From: Alphaproteobacteria bacterium
GTDB taxonomy: Bacteria; Pseudomonadota; Alphaproteobacteria; UBA828
Assembly (NCBI GenBank): GCA_965221125.1
Contig: CBDCRW010000006.1
Span: 96,001-160,000 of the forward strand
Length of the DNA: 64,000 nt
Reading direction: 5' to 3'
Below, piece after piece: positions 1-10,628 of this stretch. Both the position numbers and the translations under genes were made by a program. The first letter of the stretch is position 1. Every line of letters begins with the position of its first letter. The notes below the pieces were generated by a model, which was not told where the DNA came from, did no database searches, and saw only the letters and a list, made by a program, of their open reading frames with translations.

Positions 1-1
1 C

Positions 2-853
2 GAGAAGGAGTCGATCACCTGCGTCATCCCGGCGAACGCGCCGGGGCTGAGCCTCTGGTCGCGCAAGCCCTTCGAGCGCTACGCCGTCAGCGAGGTCGAC
101 AACCCGATGGCCTACCGCTTCGACGAGAGCGACTGCATCGTCGTCTGTGACGGGGTCAAGGTGCCCTGGGAGCACGTCTTCACCCTCGACGACATCGAGC
201 TCTCCCGCCAGATCTACTTCCGCACCCCCGCGCACACGCTGTCGAACCACCAGGCCTGCGTCCGCTACCGCTCGAAGCTGCGGCTGCTGCTCGGTCTCGC
301 ACGGCGCATGACGGAATCGTCGGGCATCGACGGCGTGCCCGCGGTGAGGGACGAGATCGGCCACCTTGCCGCGCAGTACGGCATGATCGACGGCATGATC
401 CAGGGCCAGATCCACGACTTCCTGGACCTCGGCAACGGCTACGTGAACTACAACCGGCACATGATGTACGCGGCCATCTACTGGTGCACCCAGAACTACG
501 ACCACATCTGCTCCAAGGTGCGCGAGCTTTCGGGCGGCGGCGTGCTGCAGATGCCGGCGGACATCTCGGTGATGGAGAACGAGGACACCCGGGAGACGTT
601 CGAGGCGCTGTGGCGGATGCCGGGGCACGGCGCGCTCGACCGCTTCAAGCTCTACAAGCTGGCGTGGGACCTCTTGGGAAGCGACTTCGCCGGCCGCCAC
701 GCGCAATACGAGCGCTTCTACATGGGGCCGGCCTACGTCGTCCGCAGCCACAACCACCGCGAATGCGACTGGGGAGCGGTGCTGGATTACGTGGACGAAC
801 TGCTGCAGAGTTACGGACCCGGCCCCATGCTCGACAAGGGTGCGGCCGGATAA
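2..853 (+). CDS. 4-hydroxyphenylacetate 3-hydroxylase (HpaB)-family flavin-dependent monooxygenase, 5' end outside the window
   Basis: Frame is open from base 2 (EKESITCVIPANAPGLSLWSRK...DNPMAYRFDESD), matching the HpaB-family D-P---RFDE-D motif. The C-terminal AWDLLGSDFAGRHAQYERFY is also typical. Confidence 0.85.
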   Translation, partial: EKESITCVIPANAPGLSLWSRKPFERYAVSEVDNPMAYRFDESDCIVVCDGVKVPWEHVFTLDDIELSRQIYFRTPAHTLSNHQACVRYRSKLRLLLGLARRMTESSGIDGVPAVRDEIGHLAAQYGMIDGMIQGQIHDFLDLGNGYVNYNRHMMYAAIYWCTQNYDHICSKVRELSGGGVLQMPADISVMENEDTRETFEALWRMPGHGALDRFKLYKLAWDLLGSDFAGRHAQYERFYMGPAYVVRSHNHRECDWGAVLDYVDELLQSYGPGPMLDKGAAG

Positions 854-871
854 CGCGCCCGCAATGCGGTC

Positions 872-2962
872 ATGGGAGGGCAGCCGGTGCGACTTTCCGT
901 CGATGTGGGGGGGACCTTCACCGACCTCGTGCAGGAGGCCGGGGACGGGACCTTCCGCCTCTTCAAGTCGCCGACGCGGCCGGACGATCCGGTTCAGGGC
1001 TGCCTCGAGGTGCTGCAGCGGGCGGCGGATGCCGACGGGCGCGACCGCGCCGCCCTGCTCGGCGCGTGCGAGCTTTTCCTCCACGCCACCACGCGCGCGA
1101 CCAATGCCGTGCTGACCGGGCGGACGGCACGGACCGCCTTCCTCACCACCGAGGGGCACCCGGATATCTTCCTGCTGCGCGAGGGCGGCCGGGTCGATCC
1201 CTTCGACAACACCGTGCCGTTCCCGGACCCGCTGGTGCCGCGCCGGCTCACCTTCGAGGTGCCGGAACGCATGCGCGCCGACGGCGTGGTCCACAAGCCG
1301 CTGGACGAAGACGCCGTCCTTACTGTGATCGAGCGGCTCAAGGGGGCGGAAGTCGAGGCCGTCGGGGTCTGCCTGCTCTGGTCGATCGTCAATCCGGACC
1401 ACGAGGAGAGGGTCGGCGCGCTCCTGGACGCCCATCTGCCGGGCGTGCCCTACACGCTCTCCCACCGCCTCAACCCCTCGCTCAGGGAGTACCGGCGGGC
1501 GTCCAGCGCCTGCATCGACGCATCCCTGAAGCCGGTCATGACCGGCTACCTGTCGTCGCTGGAAGAGCGGCTGCGCAATGCCGGCTTCAGCGGCCGGCTG
1601 CTCACCGTGACCTCGCAGGGCGGCGTGGTCGATGCGGCCGACCTGGCGGCGACGCCCATCCACTCGCTCAACTCCGGCCCGGCAATGGCGCCCGTCGCCG
1701 GTCGCAACCTGGCTGCCGCCGAGGGCGCCGAGGACATGGCCATCGTGGCTGATACCGGCGGCACCAGCTACGACGTCTCGCTGGTGCGCAAGGGGCGCAT
1801 TCCCTGGACCCGGGAGACCTGGCTCGGCTCGCGCATCCGCGGCCACATGACGGGCTTCCCCTCCGTCGACGTCCGCAGCGTCGGCGCCGGCGGCGGCTCC
1901 ATAGCCTGGGTCGATCCGGGCGGCATGCTGCATGTCGGCCCGGACAGCGCGGGCTCCGTGCCGGGTCCGGCCTGCTACGGCCAGGGCGGCACCGAGCCGA
2001 CCGTGACCGACGCGGCGCTCGCCCTCGGCTATATCGATGCCGACTTCTTCCTCGGCGGCGCCATCGCGCTGGATACGGAGCGCGCGACGGCGGCCATCGC
2101 GGACAGGATCGGCGCCCCACTCGGCGTGGGCGCGCACGAGGCTGCGGCCGCGATCCTCGACGTCGTCAGCCAGAACATGGTTCACGCCATCGAGGACATC
2201 ACGATCAACCAGGGCGTCGATCCGCGCGAGGCGGTGCTGATCGGCGGCGGCGGCGCGGCGGGCCTCAACTCGGTCCAGATCGCGCGGCGGCTCGGCTGCA
2301 AGCGGCTGGTGATTCCCGAAGTGGGCACGACGCTGAGCGCCGCCGGCGCGCTGATGTCCGACCTCAGCACCGAGTTCAGCCGCACCACGTTCACCACCAG
2401 CGACCGCTTCGATGCGGACGCGGTCAACGCGACCCTTTCAGCGCTGGAGGCGCAGTGCCGCGCCTTCCTCGAAGGGCGCGGCACCGCCGGGATGGAGCAG
2501 AGCGTCGAGTTCTCGGTCGAGGCCCGCTACCCGCACCAGGTCTGGGAGATCGAGGTACCGCTCAGCAAAAGCCGCTTCGACGGTCCTGCGGACGTCGAGC
2601 GGGTGGTGGCGGACCTCCACGACCTGCACGAAGAAATGTTCGCCGTGGCCGACCGGGATTCGCACGTGGAAGCGGTGACGTGGCGCGCGCGGGCGCGCTG
2701 CGCCATCGGCCGGCTGGCCGACGCCCGCGCCGTCGAGCCTGCGGCGGACGGCGAGGAGCGCTGGCTTCGCGCCGCCTACTTCCCCGGCGCAGGGCTTGTG
2801 GACGCCCACGTGCATCGCCTTCAGGCGATGGCCGCAGGCGAGCGCGTGGATGGGCCGGCGATCGTCGAATCGAGCTTCACCACCGTGGTCATCGATCCGG
2901 GCGCCTCGGTGGTCCGCTCGGCGAACGGCAACCTGATCGTCGAAATGAACGGGCAGACGTAG
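872..2962 (+). CDS. Hydantoinase/oxoprolinase family protein, subunit A (ATP-binding)
   Basis: DVGGTFTD, HATTRATNA, SGPA, DTGGTSYD, GAGGGSIA and GPACYG..GTEPTVTDA motifs. Confidence 0.92.
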   Translation: MGGQPVRLSVDVGGTFTDLVQEAGDGTFRLFKSPTRPDDPVQGCLEVLQRAADADGRDRAALLGACELFLHATTRATNAVLTGRTARTAFLTTEGHPDIFLLREGGRVDPFDNTVPFPDPLVPRRLTFEVPERMRADGVVHKPLDEDAVLTVIERLKGAEVEAVGVCLLWSIVNPDHEERVGALLDAHLPGVPYTLSHRLNPSLREYRRASSACIDASLKPVMTGYLSSLEERLRNAGFSGRLLTVTSQGGVVDAADLAATPIHSLNSGPAMAPVAGRNLAAAEGAEDMAIVADTGGTSYDVSLVRKGRIPWTRETWLGSRIRGHMTGFPSVDVRSVGAGGGSIAWVDPGGMLHVGPDSAGSVPGPACYGQGGTEPTVTDAALALGYIDADFFLGGAIALDTERATAAIADRIGAPLGVGAHEAAAAILDVVSQNMVHAIEDITINQGVDPREAVLIGGGGAAGLNSVQIARRLGCKRLVIPEVGTTLSAAGALMSDLSTEFSRTTFTTSDRFDADAVNATLSALEAQCRAFLEGRGTAGMEQSVEFSVEARYPHQVWEIEVPLSKSRFDGPADVERVVADLHDLHEEMFAVADRDSHVEAVTWRARARCAIGRLADARAVEPAADGEERWLRAAYFPGAGLVDAHVHRLQAMAAGERVDGPAIVESSFTTVVIDPGASVVRSANGNLIVEMNGQT

Positions 2963-2977
2963 AGGGAGACCGGGACC

Positions 2978-4777
2978 GTGGCCAGGAACGACACGGCAAG
3001 GAGCGCGGAGCGGACCTTTGATGGCGTCCGGCTCGCGGTGCTCTCCAAGCGCTTCGAGAGCGTGGCCTCGAAGATGGCCAACACGCTGCTGCGCACGGGG
3101 CGCTCCGGCGTGCTGAACATGGCGCGCGACTTCTCGTGCTGCATCGTCACGGCCGATTGCGAGCTGATCTCGGCGGCCGAGTGCTACCCGATCCACGTGC
3201 TGCGCGGCGCCGACATCATGGCGGCCGCGATGAAGGAGTTTCACCCCGAGCTGAGGCGGGGCGACGCCTTCCTCCACAACTCGCCCTACCACGGCAATTC
3301 GCACGCGGCCGACCACGTGATCCTGGTGCCGGTCATCGACGACGACGGCGTGCACCGCTTCACCGTGCTCGCCAAGGCCCATCAGGCGGACTGCGGCAAC
3401 TCCATGGCCACCACCTACATGGGCGCGGCGCGGGACGTGTACGAGGAGGGCGCGCTGATCTTCCCAGCCGTGCAGGTGCAGCGGGACTACGCGGACATCG
3501 GCGACATCATCCGCATGTGCGAGCTGCGCATCCGCGTGCCGTCGCAGTGGCGGGGCGACTACCTGGCCATGCTGGGCGCGGCGCGGATCGGCGAGCGCGC
3601 CATGCTGGAGATGGGCCGCGACGTGGGCTGGGAGACGCTGGAGCAGTACACCCGCGAGTACTTCGACTACGGCGAGTACCTGATGATCCAGGCGGTCGGC
3701 GAGATGCCGAGCGGCCGGGCGAGCGCCACCGCGACCCACGACCCGGTGCCGGGGACGCCGGAGCACGGCATCACGGTCAGGGCCGACGTCAGCGTGGACA
3801 GCGAGAACGCGCGGATCACCGTCGATCTGCGCGACAACCCGCAGGCCTATCCCTGCGGCCTCAATCTGTCGCAGGCGTGCGCGCTCTCCGCCTGCATGGT
3901 GGGCGTCTTCAACACCGTGGGCCACAAGGTGCCGCCCAATGCCGGCAGCTACCGGCGAATCGACGTGCTGCTGGGGGAGGGCACCGTCTGCGGCGTGCCC
4001 CGCCATCCCACCAGCACCTCGGTGGCGACCACCAACCTCGGCGACCGGGTGACCTGCGCGGTACAGCGCGCGCTCGCGGACATCGGCGACGGCATCGGCA
4101 TGGCCGACGGCGGCGCCGCGATCCCGGCGACCGGCGCGGTCATCTCGGGCAAGGATCCGCGCCACGGCGGCGCGCCCTTCTGCAACGAGGTGATCCTGCT
4201 CGGCGGCAGCGGCCCCGGCACGCCCTACACCGACGGCTGGCTCACCATGCTCACCATGGGCAATGCCGGCATGCCGCTTGTCGACAGCATCGAGGTGGAC
4301 GAGATCCATCACCCCATGCTGATCAACGAGCGCCGCCTGATACCGGATTCGGAGGGCGAGGGGCGCTTTCGCGGCGGGCCGGGCTTCCGGGTGGAATATG
4401 GCCCGGTCGACTGCGACATGGAGCTCGGCTACGTCTGCGACGGCAGCCTGAACCCGGCCAAGGGCGCGCGCGGCGGCGGCATCGGCTGCCCCGCGCGTCA
4501 CTACAAGCGGGTGGCAGGCAACGGCGACCTGGTCGAGGTGCCGGATACCAGCGCCCAGTACGTGCTGAAGCAGGGCGAGACGATCATTTCCTACACGCCC
4601 GGCGGCGGGGGCTACGGCCCGCCGCTGGAGCGCGAGCCCGCGCATGTGCAGAAGGACGTGGCCGAGGGCTGGATCACGCGCGAGCGCGCCCGCGACATCT
4701 ACGGCGTCATCATCGATGCGGACGGCGCGGTCGATGCCGACGCCACGGCAGTGCGCCGCGCCGAGATGGCCGGCTGA
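2978..4777 (+). CDS. Hydantoinase B/oxoprolinase family protein
   Basis: [37 protein letters not shown] and TPGGGGYG motifs. GTG start with GGGAG upstream; directly follows subunit A. Confidence 0.92.
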   Translation: MARNDTARSAERTFDGVRLAVLSKRFESVASKMANTLLRTGRSGVLNMARDFSCCIVTADCELISAAECYPIHVLRGADIMAAAMKEFHPELRRGDAFLHNSPYHGNSHAADHVILVPVIDDDGVHRFTVLAKAHQADCGNSMATTYMGAARDVYEEGALIFPAVQVQRDYADIGDIIRMCELRIRVPSQWRGDYLAMLGAARIGERAMLEMGRDVGWETLEQYTREYFDYGEYLMIQAVGEMPSGRASATATHDPVPGTPEHGITVRADVSVDSENARITVDLRDNPQAYPCGLNLSQACALSACMVGVFNTVGHKVPPNAGSYRRIDVLLGEGTVCGVPRHPTSTSVATTNLGDRVTCAVQRALADIGDGIGMADGGAAIPATGAVISGKDPRHGGAPFCNEVILLGGSGPGTPYTDGWLTMLTMGNAGMPLVDSIEVDEIHHPMLINERRLIPDSEGEGRFRGGPGFRVEYGPVDCDMELGYVCDGSLNPAKGARGGGIGCPARHYKRVAGNGDLVEVPDTSAQYVLKQGETIISYTPGGGGYGPPLEREPAHVQKDVAEGWITRERARDIYGVIIDADGAVDADATAVRRAEMAG

Positions 4778-4863
4778 ATGGGGGAATCTGCGCGCGACGC
4801 GGGCCGTGACAGTGGCAAGACAACCGGGCTAGGCTCAACAACACCGACACAGGGAGGGACGTA

Positions 4864-5730
4864 ATGAATAAGCTGGCACTCGTTTCCATGGCAATTGGCG
4901 CCGCGTTGGCGGGCTGGACGATGATCGGCACCGCGCAGGCCGCCGACCCGGCGTGCGAGCCCGACATGGTGGCCGAGAAGTATCCCGGCATCGCGGGCAA
5001 GACCATCAAGATTGGCGCGGACCCACAGACTCCGCCCTACGTGTTCCGCGACGCCGAGAATTTCGACAACGTGATCGGATACGACGCCGACCTCTCGCGT
5101 GCGGTCTTCGCGTGCGCGGGCGTCGATGTCGAGTTCGAGCTGGGCGGCTGGTCCGGCCTTCTGCCGGCGCTCGTTGCCGGGCAGATCGACGTGATGTGGG
5201 ACACCCTCTATTACACAGCCGAGCGGGCCGAGCAGGTGGACTACGTCATCTACATGCAGGCCGGCACCGGCGGCATGACCCAGAAGGGCAACCCGAAGGG
5301 CATCGGCGGCCTCGACGATGCCTGCGGCAACGTGTTCTCGGTCGGCCTCGGCACGGTCGAGGAAGCGGCCATGCGCGCCAAGAGCGAGGAGTGCACGGCG
5401 GCCGGCATGGAAGGCGTCGAGATCATGACCTATCCGGACGTCGCCGCCGGCTTCCGGCAGGTCGAGAACCAGCGCGCCGACATCATGCTCTCGGATCTCA
5501 GCCTGCTGACCAAGTACACGCTCGACAATTCGGACACCACCGAGATGGCGTTCAAGATCCTCACCGGCTTCAAGATCGGCGTGGCCGTGGTCAACGGCGC
5601 GGACGATCTGCTGCGGGCCATCGAGGACGGGCTGCGTATCATGGAGGCGAACGGCACCAAGCACGACACGTTCGTCAAGTACCAGATGGACCCCGACCTC
5701 GCGTTGCCCACAGAGGTTTTGCGCGACTAA
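4864..5730 (+). CDS. Polar amino acid ABC transporter substrate-binding protein (family 3)
   Basis: Signal peptide ending AQA-A; PPY..GYDADL, WSGLLPALVAGQID and YTAERAEQVDY motifs; GGAGGG RBS. Confidence 0.88.
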   Translation: MNKLALVSMAIGAALAGWTMIGTAQAADPACEPDMVAEKYPGIAGKTIKIGADPQTPPYVFRDAENFDNVIGYDADLSRAVFACAGVDVEFELGGWSGLLPALVAGQIDVMWDTLYYTAERAEQVDYVIYMQAGTGGMTQKGNPKGIGGLDDACGNVFSVGLGTVEEAAMRAKSEECTAAGMEGVEIMTYPDVAAGFRQVENQRADIMLSDLSLLTKYTLDNSDTTEMAFKILTGFKIGVAVVNGADDLLRAIEDGLRIMEANGTKHDTFVKYQMDPDLALPTEVLRD

Positions 5731-5780
5731 GTGGCGATGGGGCGCCCGGCACCGGCGCGCCCTGACACGCCGTAGCGGAG

Positions 5781-7583
5781 ATGTCGTTCGCCGAGCGTTT
5801 CGGCTGGACCCTGCTCGTCTCGTGCGTACTCGGGGTCCTGCTGATTCTCATCGGCAACGGCATCCCCGATGCCTGGGGCATCACGCTCCAGGAACTGGCG
5901 CAAGGCGAAAAGCGCGAGAAGGCCGAGACCGGCACCTTCCTCGCGTGGCTCCGCGAGTTCCTGGGCTATGTCACGTCGTCCTTCCTGCTGGAAGGCGCGT
6001 GGCTCGCCGTCAAGATCACCGTGCTCGCCATGGCGATCGGCCTGTTCCTGGGCCTTGTGCTGGCGCTCATGCGGCTTTCCGGCATCTGGCCGCTGAGTGC
6101 GACGGCCTGGTTCTACATCTGGTTCATGCGGGGCACGCCGCAGCTCCTGCAGCTGGTCTTCATCTTCGACGCGCTGCCGCTCATCGGGCTCAGGTTCGAC
6201 ACCTTCACCACCGCCGTCATCGGCTTCGCGCTGAACGAGGCGGCGTTCAGCGGCGAGATCATCCGGGGCGGCATCATCTCGGTCGACCGCAACCAGAATA
6301 TCGCCGCCAAGTCGCTCGGCATGGGCCCGACGCTGACGCTGCGCCGCATCATCATGCCGCAGGCGCTCCGCCCCATCCTGCCGGCGATCACCAACGACAC
6401 CATCAGCATGCTGAAGCTGACGTCGATCGCGTCCGTGATCTTCGTCAACGAGCTGACCTTCCGCGCCCAGCAGATCGTGGGCCAGAACTTCAAGTTCTTC
6501 ACCGTCTTCGCGGCGGCTGCGGTGATCTATCTGGTGATGACCAGCGCGATCTCGATCGTGCAGGCGATCCTCGAGCGGCGTTTCAGCCTGGAGAAGGAGC
6601 CGCTTCCGATCCCCGGCAGCGTCAACGCGCTCGGGCGCTTCTTCGGCTTCCGCGGAATGGAGAAGCCGGTGTTCCAGCCGCGGCAGCAGGCGCCGGCCGA
6701 GCCTTCGCCGCCGGAGCCGCCCACCGTGCGGGAGCAGGTGGCGGATACCAGCGACTGGATCGAGCTCCTGGCCGAGCAGCAGCGCGAGACCCGGGAGCAC
6801 AAGGACGAGCCCTTCGTGGTCTGCGGGAACGTCCACAAGTCCTATGGGCCCAACCACGTGCTGCGCGGCATCGACTTGACCGTGAAGCGGGGCGAGGTCG
6901 TGACCATCATGGGGCCGAGCGGCTCGGGCAAGAGCACCCTTCTCAGGATGGTGAACCACCTGGAGGCCATCGACGACGGCGAGATCACGGTGGACGGCAA
7001 GTACGTCGGCTACGAGATCGTGAAGGGCGAGCTGAAGCCGAGCCGCGACCTCTCCCGAGCCAGGGCCGAGGCCAGGATCGGCATGGTCTTCCAGCACTTC
7101 AACCTGTTCCACCACTTCTCGGCGCTCGAGAACGTCATGGAAGCGCCCACGCATGTCTACGGCGTGAGCAAGCAGCAGGCTGAGGAGACGGCGCGCCGCC
7201 TGCTCGTCGGCGTCGGCCTCGGCGGCCACCTGGACCACCTGCCGCATCGTCTCTCCGGCGGGCAGCAGCAGCGGGTTGCGATCTCGCGGGCGCTCGCCAT
7301 CTCGCCCCGGCTGATGCTGTTCGACGAGCCGACCTCGGCGCTCGATCCCGAGCTAGTCTCCGAGGTGCTGGCCGTGATCCGACGCCTCGCCGAAGCGGGC
7401 ATGACGCTCATCGTCGTCACCCACGAGGTCCGCTTCGCCAAGGAGGTGGCGGACCGGGTGATCTTCATGGACGAAGGGCGGATCGTGGAGGAGGGGCCGC
7501 CCTCCCAGGTCCTCGGCAATCCCAAGGAGCCGCGCACCCGGCGCTTCCTGCAGCTCGTGGAGCGCGAGGAAGGAACATTCTAG
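5781..7583 (+). CDS. Fused amino acid ABC transporter permease / ATP-binding protein
   Basis: N-half is a HisM-like permease ([22 protein letters not shown]). C-half is an ABC ATPase ([31 protein letters not shown]). Confidence 0.92.
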   Translation: MSFAERFGWTLLVSCVLGVLLILIGNGIPDAWGITLQELAQGEKREKAETGTFLAWLREFLGYVTSSFLLEGAWLAVKITVLAMAIGLFLGLVLALMRLSGIWPLSATAWFYIWFMRGTPQLLQLVFIFDALPLIGLRFDTFTTAVIGFALNEAAFSGEIIRGGIISVDRNQNIAAKSLGMGPTLTLRRIIMPQALRPILPAITNDTISMLKLTSIASVIFVNELTFRAQQIVGQNFKFFTVFAAAAVIYLVMTSAISIVQAILERRFSLEKEPLPIPGSVNALGRFFGFRGMEKPVFQPRQQAPAEPSPPEPPTVREQVADTSDWIELLAEQQRETREHKDEPFVVCGNVHKSYGPNHVLRGIDLTVKRGEVVTIMGPSGSGKSTLLRMVNHLEAIDDGEITVDGKYVGYEIVKGELKPSRDLSRARAEARIGMVFQHFNLFHHFSALENVMEAPTHVYGVSKQQAEETARRLLVGVGLGGHLDHLPHRLSGGQQQRVAISRALAISPRLMLFDEPTSALDPELVSEVLAVIRRLAEAGMTLIVVTHEVRFAKEVADRVIFMDEGRIVEEGPPSQVLGNPKEPRTRRFLQLVEREEGTF

Positions 7584-7594
7584 GGAGACGCGGC

Positions 7595-8515
7595 GTGGCC
7601 CAATCGGAGGCACCCTATCCACGCGACATGGCAGGCTACGGCGCGAGGCCGCCCGACCCCCAATGGCCGGGCGGCGCCAACGTCTGCCTCACCATCGCCG
7701 TCAACTACGAGGCCGGCGGCGAGAACAGCATCCTCCATGGCGACACCCATTCCGAAGGCATGCTGACGGATACCGGCTTCCCGCCCTACGAGGGCGCGCG
7801 CAACATGATAGTGGAAAGCGCCTTCGAGTACGGCAGCCGGCGCGGCTTCTGGCGGATCATGCGCATCCTCGACGAGCGCGACATCAAGACCAGTGTCTGG
7901 GCCGTGGTCATGGGGCTGGAGCGCAATCCGGAAGCAGCCCGCGCCATCGTCGACGGCGGCCACGAGGTCGTGAGCCACGGCTGGCGCTGGTTCGACTACC
8001 AGCACGTGCCGGAGGACGTCGAACGCCAGCACATCCGCCGCGCCGTGGACGGGCTGGAGCGGCTGACCGGCGAGCGCCCCGTCGGCTGGATGACCGGCCG
8101 GCCGAGCCCCAACACCCGGCGCCTGTTGGTGGAGGAGGGCGGCTTCCTCTACGACCGCGATTCGCTCGGCGACGAGCTGCCCTACTGGGTCCGGGTCGGC
8201 GACACGCCCCACCTGGTCATCCCGATCTCCTACGAGACCAACGACAACCGCTTCAACGAGCATTCCGGCTTCGTCACGGCGGACGGCTTCTTCACCTATC
8301 TGAAGGATGCGTTCGACGTGCTCTACCGGGAGGGCGAGCGGGGCGAGCCCAAGATGATGATGCTGGGCCTGCACGACCGGATCGTCGGCCGGCCTGCACG
8401 CGCTGCCGGGCTCGAGCGCTTCCTCGACTACGTGCTGGAGCACGACAAGGTGTGGTTCGCCCGCGGCGTCGACATCGCCCGGCACTGGATGGCGGTGCAC
8501 CCGGCCGGCCGATAG
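7595..8515 (+). CDS. Polysaccharide deacetylase family protein, PuuE/allantoinase-like
   Basis: YPRDMAGYG..PPDPQWPG, VNYEAGGE, ESAFEYGSRRG, SHGWRW, DELPYW and LHDRIVGRP, all typical of the PuuE subfamily. Confidence 0.85.
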   Translation: MAQSEAPYPRDMAGYGARPPDPQWPGGANVCLTIAVNYEAGGENSILHGDTHSEGMLTDTGFPPYEGARNMIVESAFEYGSRRGFWRIMRILDERDIKTSVWAVVMGLERNPEAARAIVDGGHEVVSHGWRWFDYQHVPEDVERQHIRRAVDGLERLTGERPVGWMTGRPSPNTRRLLVEEGGFLYDRDSLGDELPYWVRVGDTPHLVIPISYETNDNRFNEHSGFVTADGFFTYLKDAFDVLYREGERGEPKMMMLGLHDRIVGRPARAAGLERFLDYVLEHDKVWFARGVDIARHWMAVHPAGR

Positions 8516-8551
8516 CGAAGCCCGGCGCCCGCGCTGCAAAGAGGTGACACG

Positions 8552-9919
8552 ATGGACGCATGGCTGAAGGCGGCGGTGGACTACATCCCGGCGTGGCTCG
8601 ACTACCAGATGCGGCTGAGCGGGCAGCCGGGCTGCGTCCTCGCCATCGCGCACAAGGGGCGGGTCGTCCTGGAGAAGGCGTTCGGCGTTGCCGATCTCTC
8701 CACGGGGCAGGCGCTGACGCCGAGGCATCGCCTCCGCGCGGCGTCCCACACGAAGAGCTTCACCGCGGCAGGGGTGATAAAGCTCCGCGAAGCCGGCGTG
8801 CTTCGGCTGGACGATGCGGCGGGCCGCTACGTCGACGGGCTGCATCCGAGCGTGGCGGAGACGACGCTCGCGCAGCTGCTGTCGCACACCGCCGGCGTCA
8901 TTCGCGACGGCGCAGAGGGCGAGCAGTTCCTCGATCGCCGGCCCTACACGAGCGAGAAGGAGCTGCGCGCGGCGCTCGCCGAGCCGCTGACCATCGCACC
9001 CAGCACCCGCTTCAAGTACTCGAACCACGCCTTCGGGCTCGTCGGCCTCGTCATGGAGGCCGTGACCGGGGAGCCCTACCGCGCGTGGATCGCGCGCGAG
9101 ATCGTCGAACCGAGCGGGCTGCGCGAGACCACGCCCGACGCGCCGGCGCCGCCGCGCGCGCCGGTGGCGCGGGGGCACACGCGCAAGCTGCCGCTCGGAC
9201 ACAGGCTCGTCGTCCCCGGCGACAACCCGACCCATGCCATCGCGCCGGCGGGCGGCTTCGTCTCGACGGCGGGCGATCTCGCGCGCTTCTTCGCGAGCCT
9301 CGATCCTGCGGCGAAGCGGAGCGTGCTGTCGCCCGCAAGCCGGCGCGAGATGATCCGCAAGCAGTGGCACGACGAGCACGGCAGCATGAAGGGCCACTAC
9401 GGGCTCGGCATCATGGGGGGCAGGGCCGGCGCGTGGGAGTGGTTCGGCCATGCCGGCGGATTCCAGAGCTGTCTCAGCCGGACCGTCGTGCTGCCCGGCC
9501 GCGACATCGCGGTGTCGATCTTGACCAATGCGCTGGACGGGCCCGCCTGGGCCTGGTCGGACGCCGCCATCCACATCCTGCAGGCGTTCGAGAAGCGCGG
9601 CGGGCCAAGCGCCAGGACGCGTGATTGGGCCGGCCGCTGGTGGAGCATGTGGCGCACGGTCGACCTCGTGCCGATGCGCGATCACGTCCTGGTCGACGAT
9701 CCGGGCCTCGCGGTTCCGTTCTCGGACGCGAGCGAGATCGCGGTCACGGGCCGCGACGCGGGGACCATCCGTTTCGCCCCCGGTATCGCCAACTTCGGCG
9801 AGGACGCGCGCCTGGTGCGCGCCAAGAACGGCCGTGTCCGCGAGGTCTGGCTCGCCGGGACCAAGTACCTGCCGGAGCGCCGCCTCGCGACCGAGCTCAA
9901 GCGCCGCTACGGCGGCTAG
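8552..9919 (+). CDS. Serine hydrolase, beta-lactamase/D-aminopeptidase-like amidase
   Basis: SxxK (ASHTKS), LLSHTAG, YSN and GHAGG motifs. Confidence 0.88.
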   Translation: MDAWLKAAVDYIPAWLDYQMRLSGQPGCVLAIAHKGRVVLEKAFGVADLSTGQALTPRHRLRAASHTKSFTAAGVIKLREAGVLRLDDAAGRYVDGLHPSVAETTLAQLLSHTAGVIRDGAEGEQFLDRRPYTSEKELRAALAEPLTIAPSTRFKYSNHAFGLVGLVMEAVTGEPYRAWIAREIVEPSGLRETTPDAPAPPRAPVARGHTRKLPLGHRLVVPGDNPTHAIAPAGGFVSTAGDLARFFASLDPAAKRSVLSPASRREMIRKQWHDEHGSMKGHYGLGIMGGRAGAWEWFGHAGGFQSCLSRTVVLPGRDIAVSILTNALDGPAWAWSDAAIHILQAFEKRGGPSARTRDWAGRWWSMWRTVDLVPMRDHVLVDDPGLAVPFSDASEIAVTGRDAGTIRFAPGIANFGEDARLVRAKNGRVREVWLAGTKYLPERRLATELKRRYGG

Positions 9920-10009
9920 GGAGTTTCCGTGTAAAGCGGAAATGCTCTAAGGTCGCGGCCGCCGCACGTGGGCGGCGATGGAACGGGGCAATCGGGGAGG
10001 CATCGAGCC

Positions 10010-10528
10010 ATGGCCGTGGTGCGCAAGGAGGTGGCCGAGCAGCGCTACCGCGAATCCTACGGGCGCTATTTCGAGGACTTCGTGGTAGGCGATGTCTACG
10101 AGCACCGGCCGGGCCGGACGCTCACCGAGTACGACAACATCTCGTTCACGCTGCTCACCATGAACACCCACCCGATCCACTTCGACAGCCACTACGCATC
10201 GCACAGCGAGTTCGGCAAGCCGCTGGTCAACAGCGCGCTGACGCTGGCCATCGTCGCCGGCATGTCGGTGAGCGACATCAGCCAGAAGGCGATCGCGAAC
10301 CTCGGCTGGAACGACATCAAGCTGACGGCGCCGGTCTACGCGGGCGACACGATCTACGCCGAATCGGAGGTGCTGGAGACACGGGAATCGCGCTCCCGCC
10401 CCACCCAGGGCATCGTGACCGTCAAGACCACGGGCAAGAAGTCCGACGGCACGGTGTTCATGACCTACGAGCGCACGGTACTGGTGCCGAAGCGCGGCCA
10501 CGCCGTGGACGACCGCGCCGAGTACTGA
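10010..10528 (+). CDS. MaoC-family (hot-dog) dehydratase, RipB/itaconyl-CoA hydratase-like
   Basis: ATG at 10010 after GGGGAGG; YGRYFEDF.VGDVYEHRPGRT, MNTHPIHFD, ANLGW and PVYAGDT motifs. Confidence 0.8.
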   Translation: MAVVRKEVAEQRYRESYGRYFEDFVVGDVYEHRPGRTLTEYDNISFTLLTMNTHPIHFDSHYASHSEFGKPLVNSALTLAIVAGMSVSDISQKAIANLGWNDIKLTAPVYAGDTIYAESEVLETRESRSRPTQGIVTVKTTGKKSDGTVFMTYERTVLVPKRGHAVDDRAEY

Positions 10529-10628
10529 GCCGCACGGGCGCCCAAGGCGGCACTCGCGGATTGGAAGCGCTGAAAGCCGCTCGGCAGGCGAGGCGCGGTA
10601 CGGTATAATCGCGCGAGCGGAGGTACGC

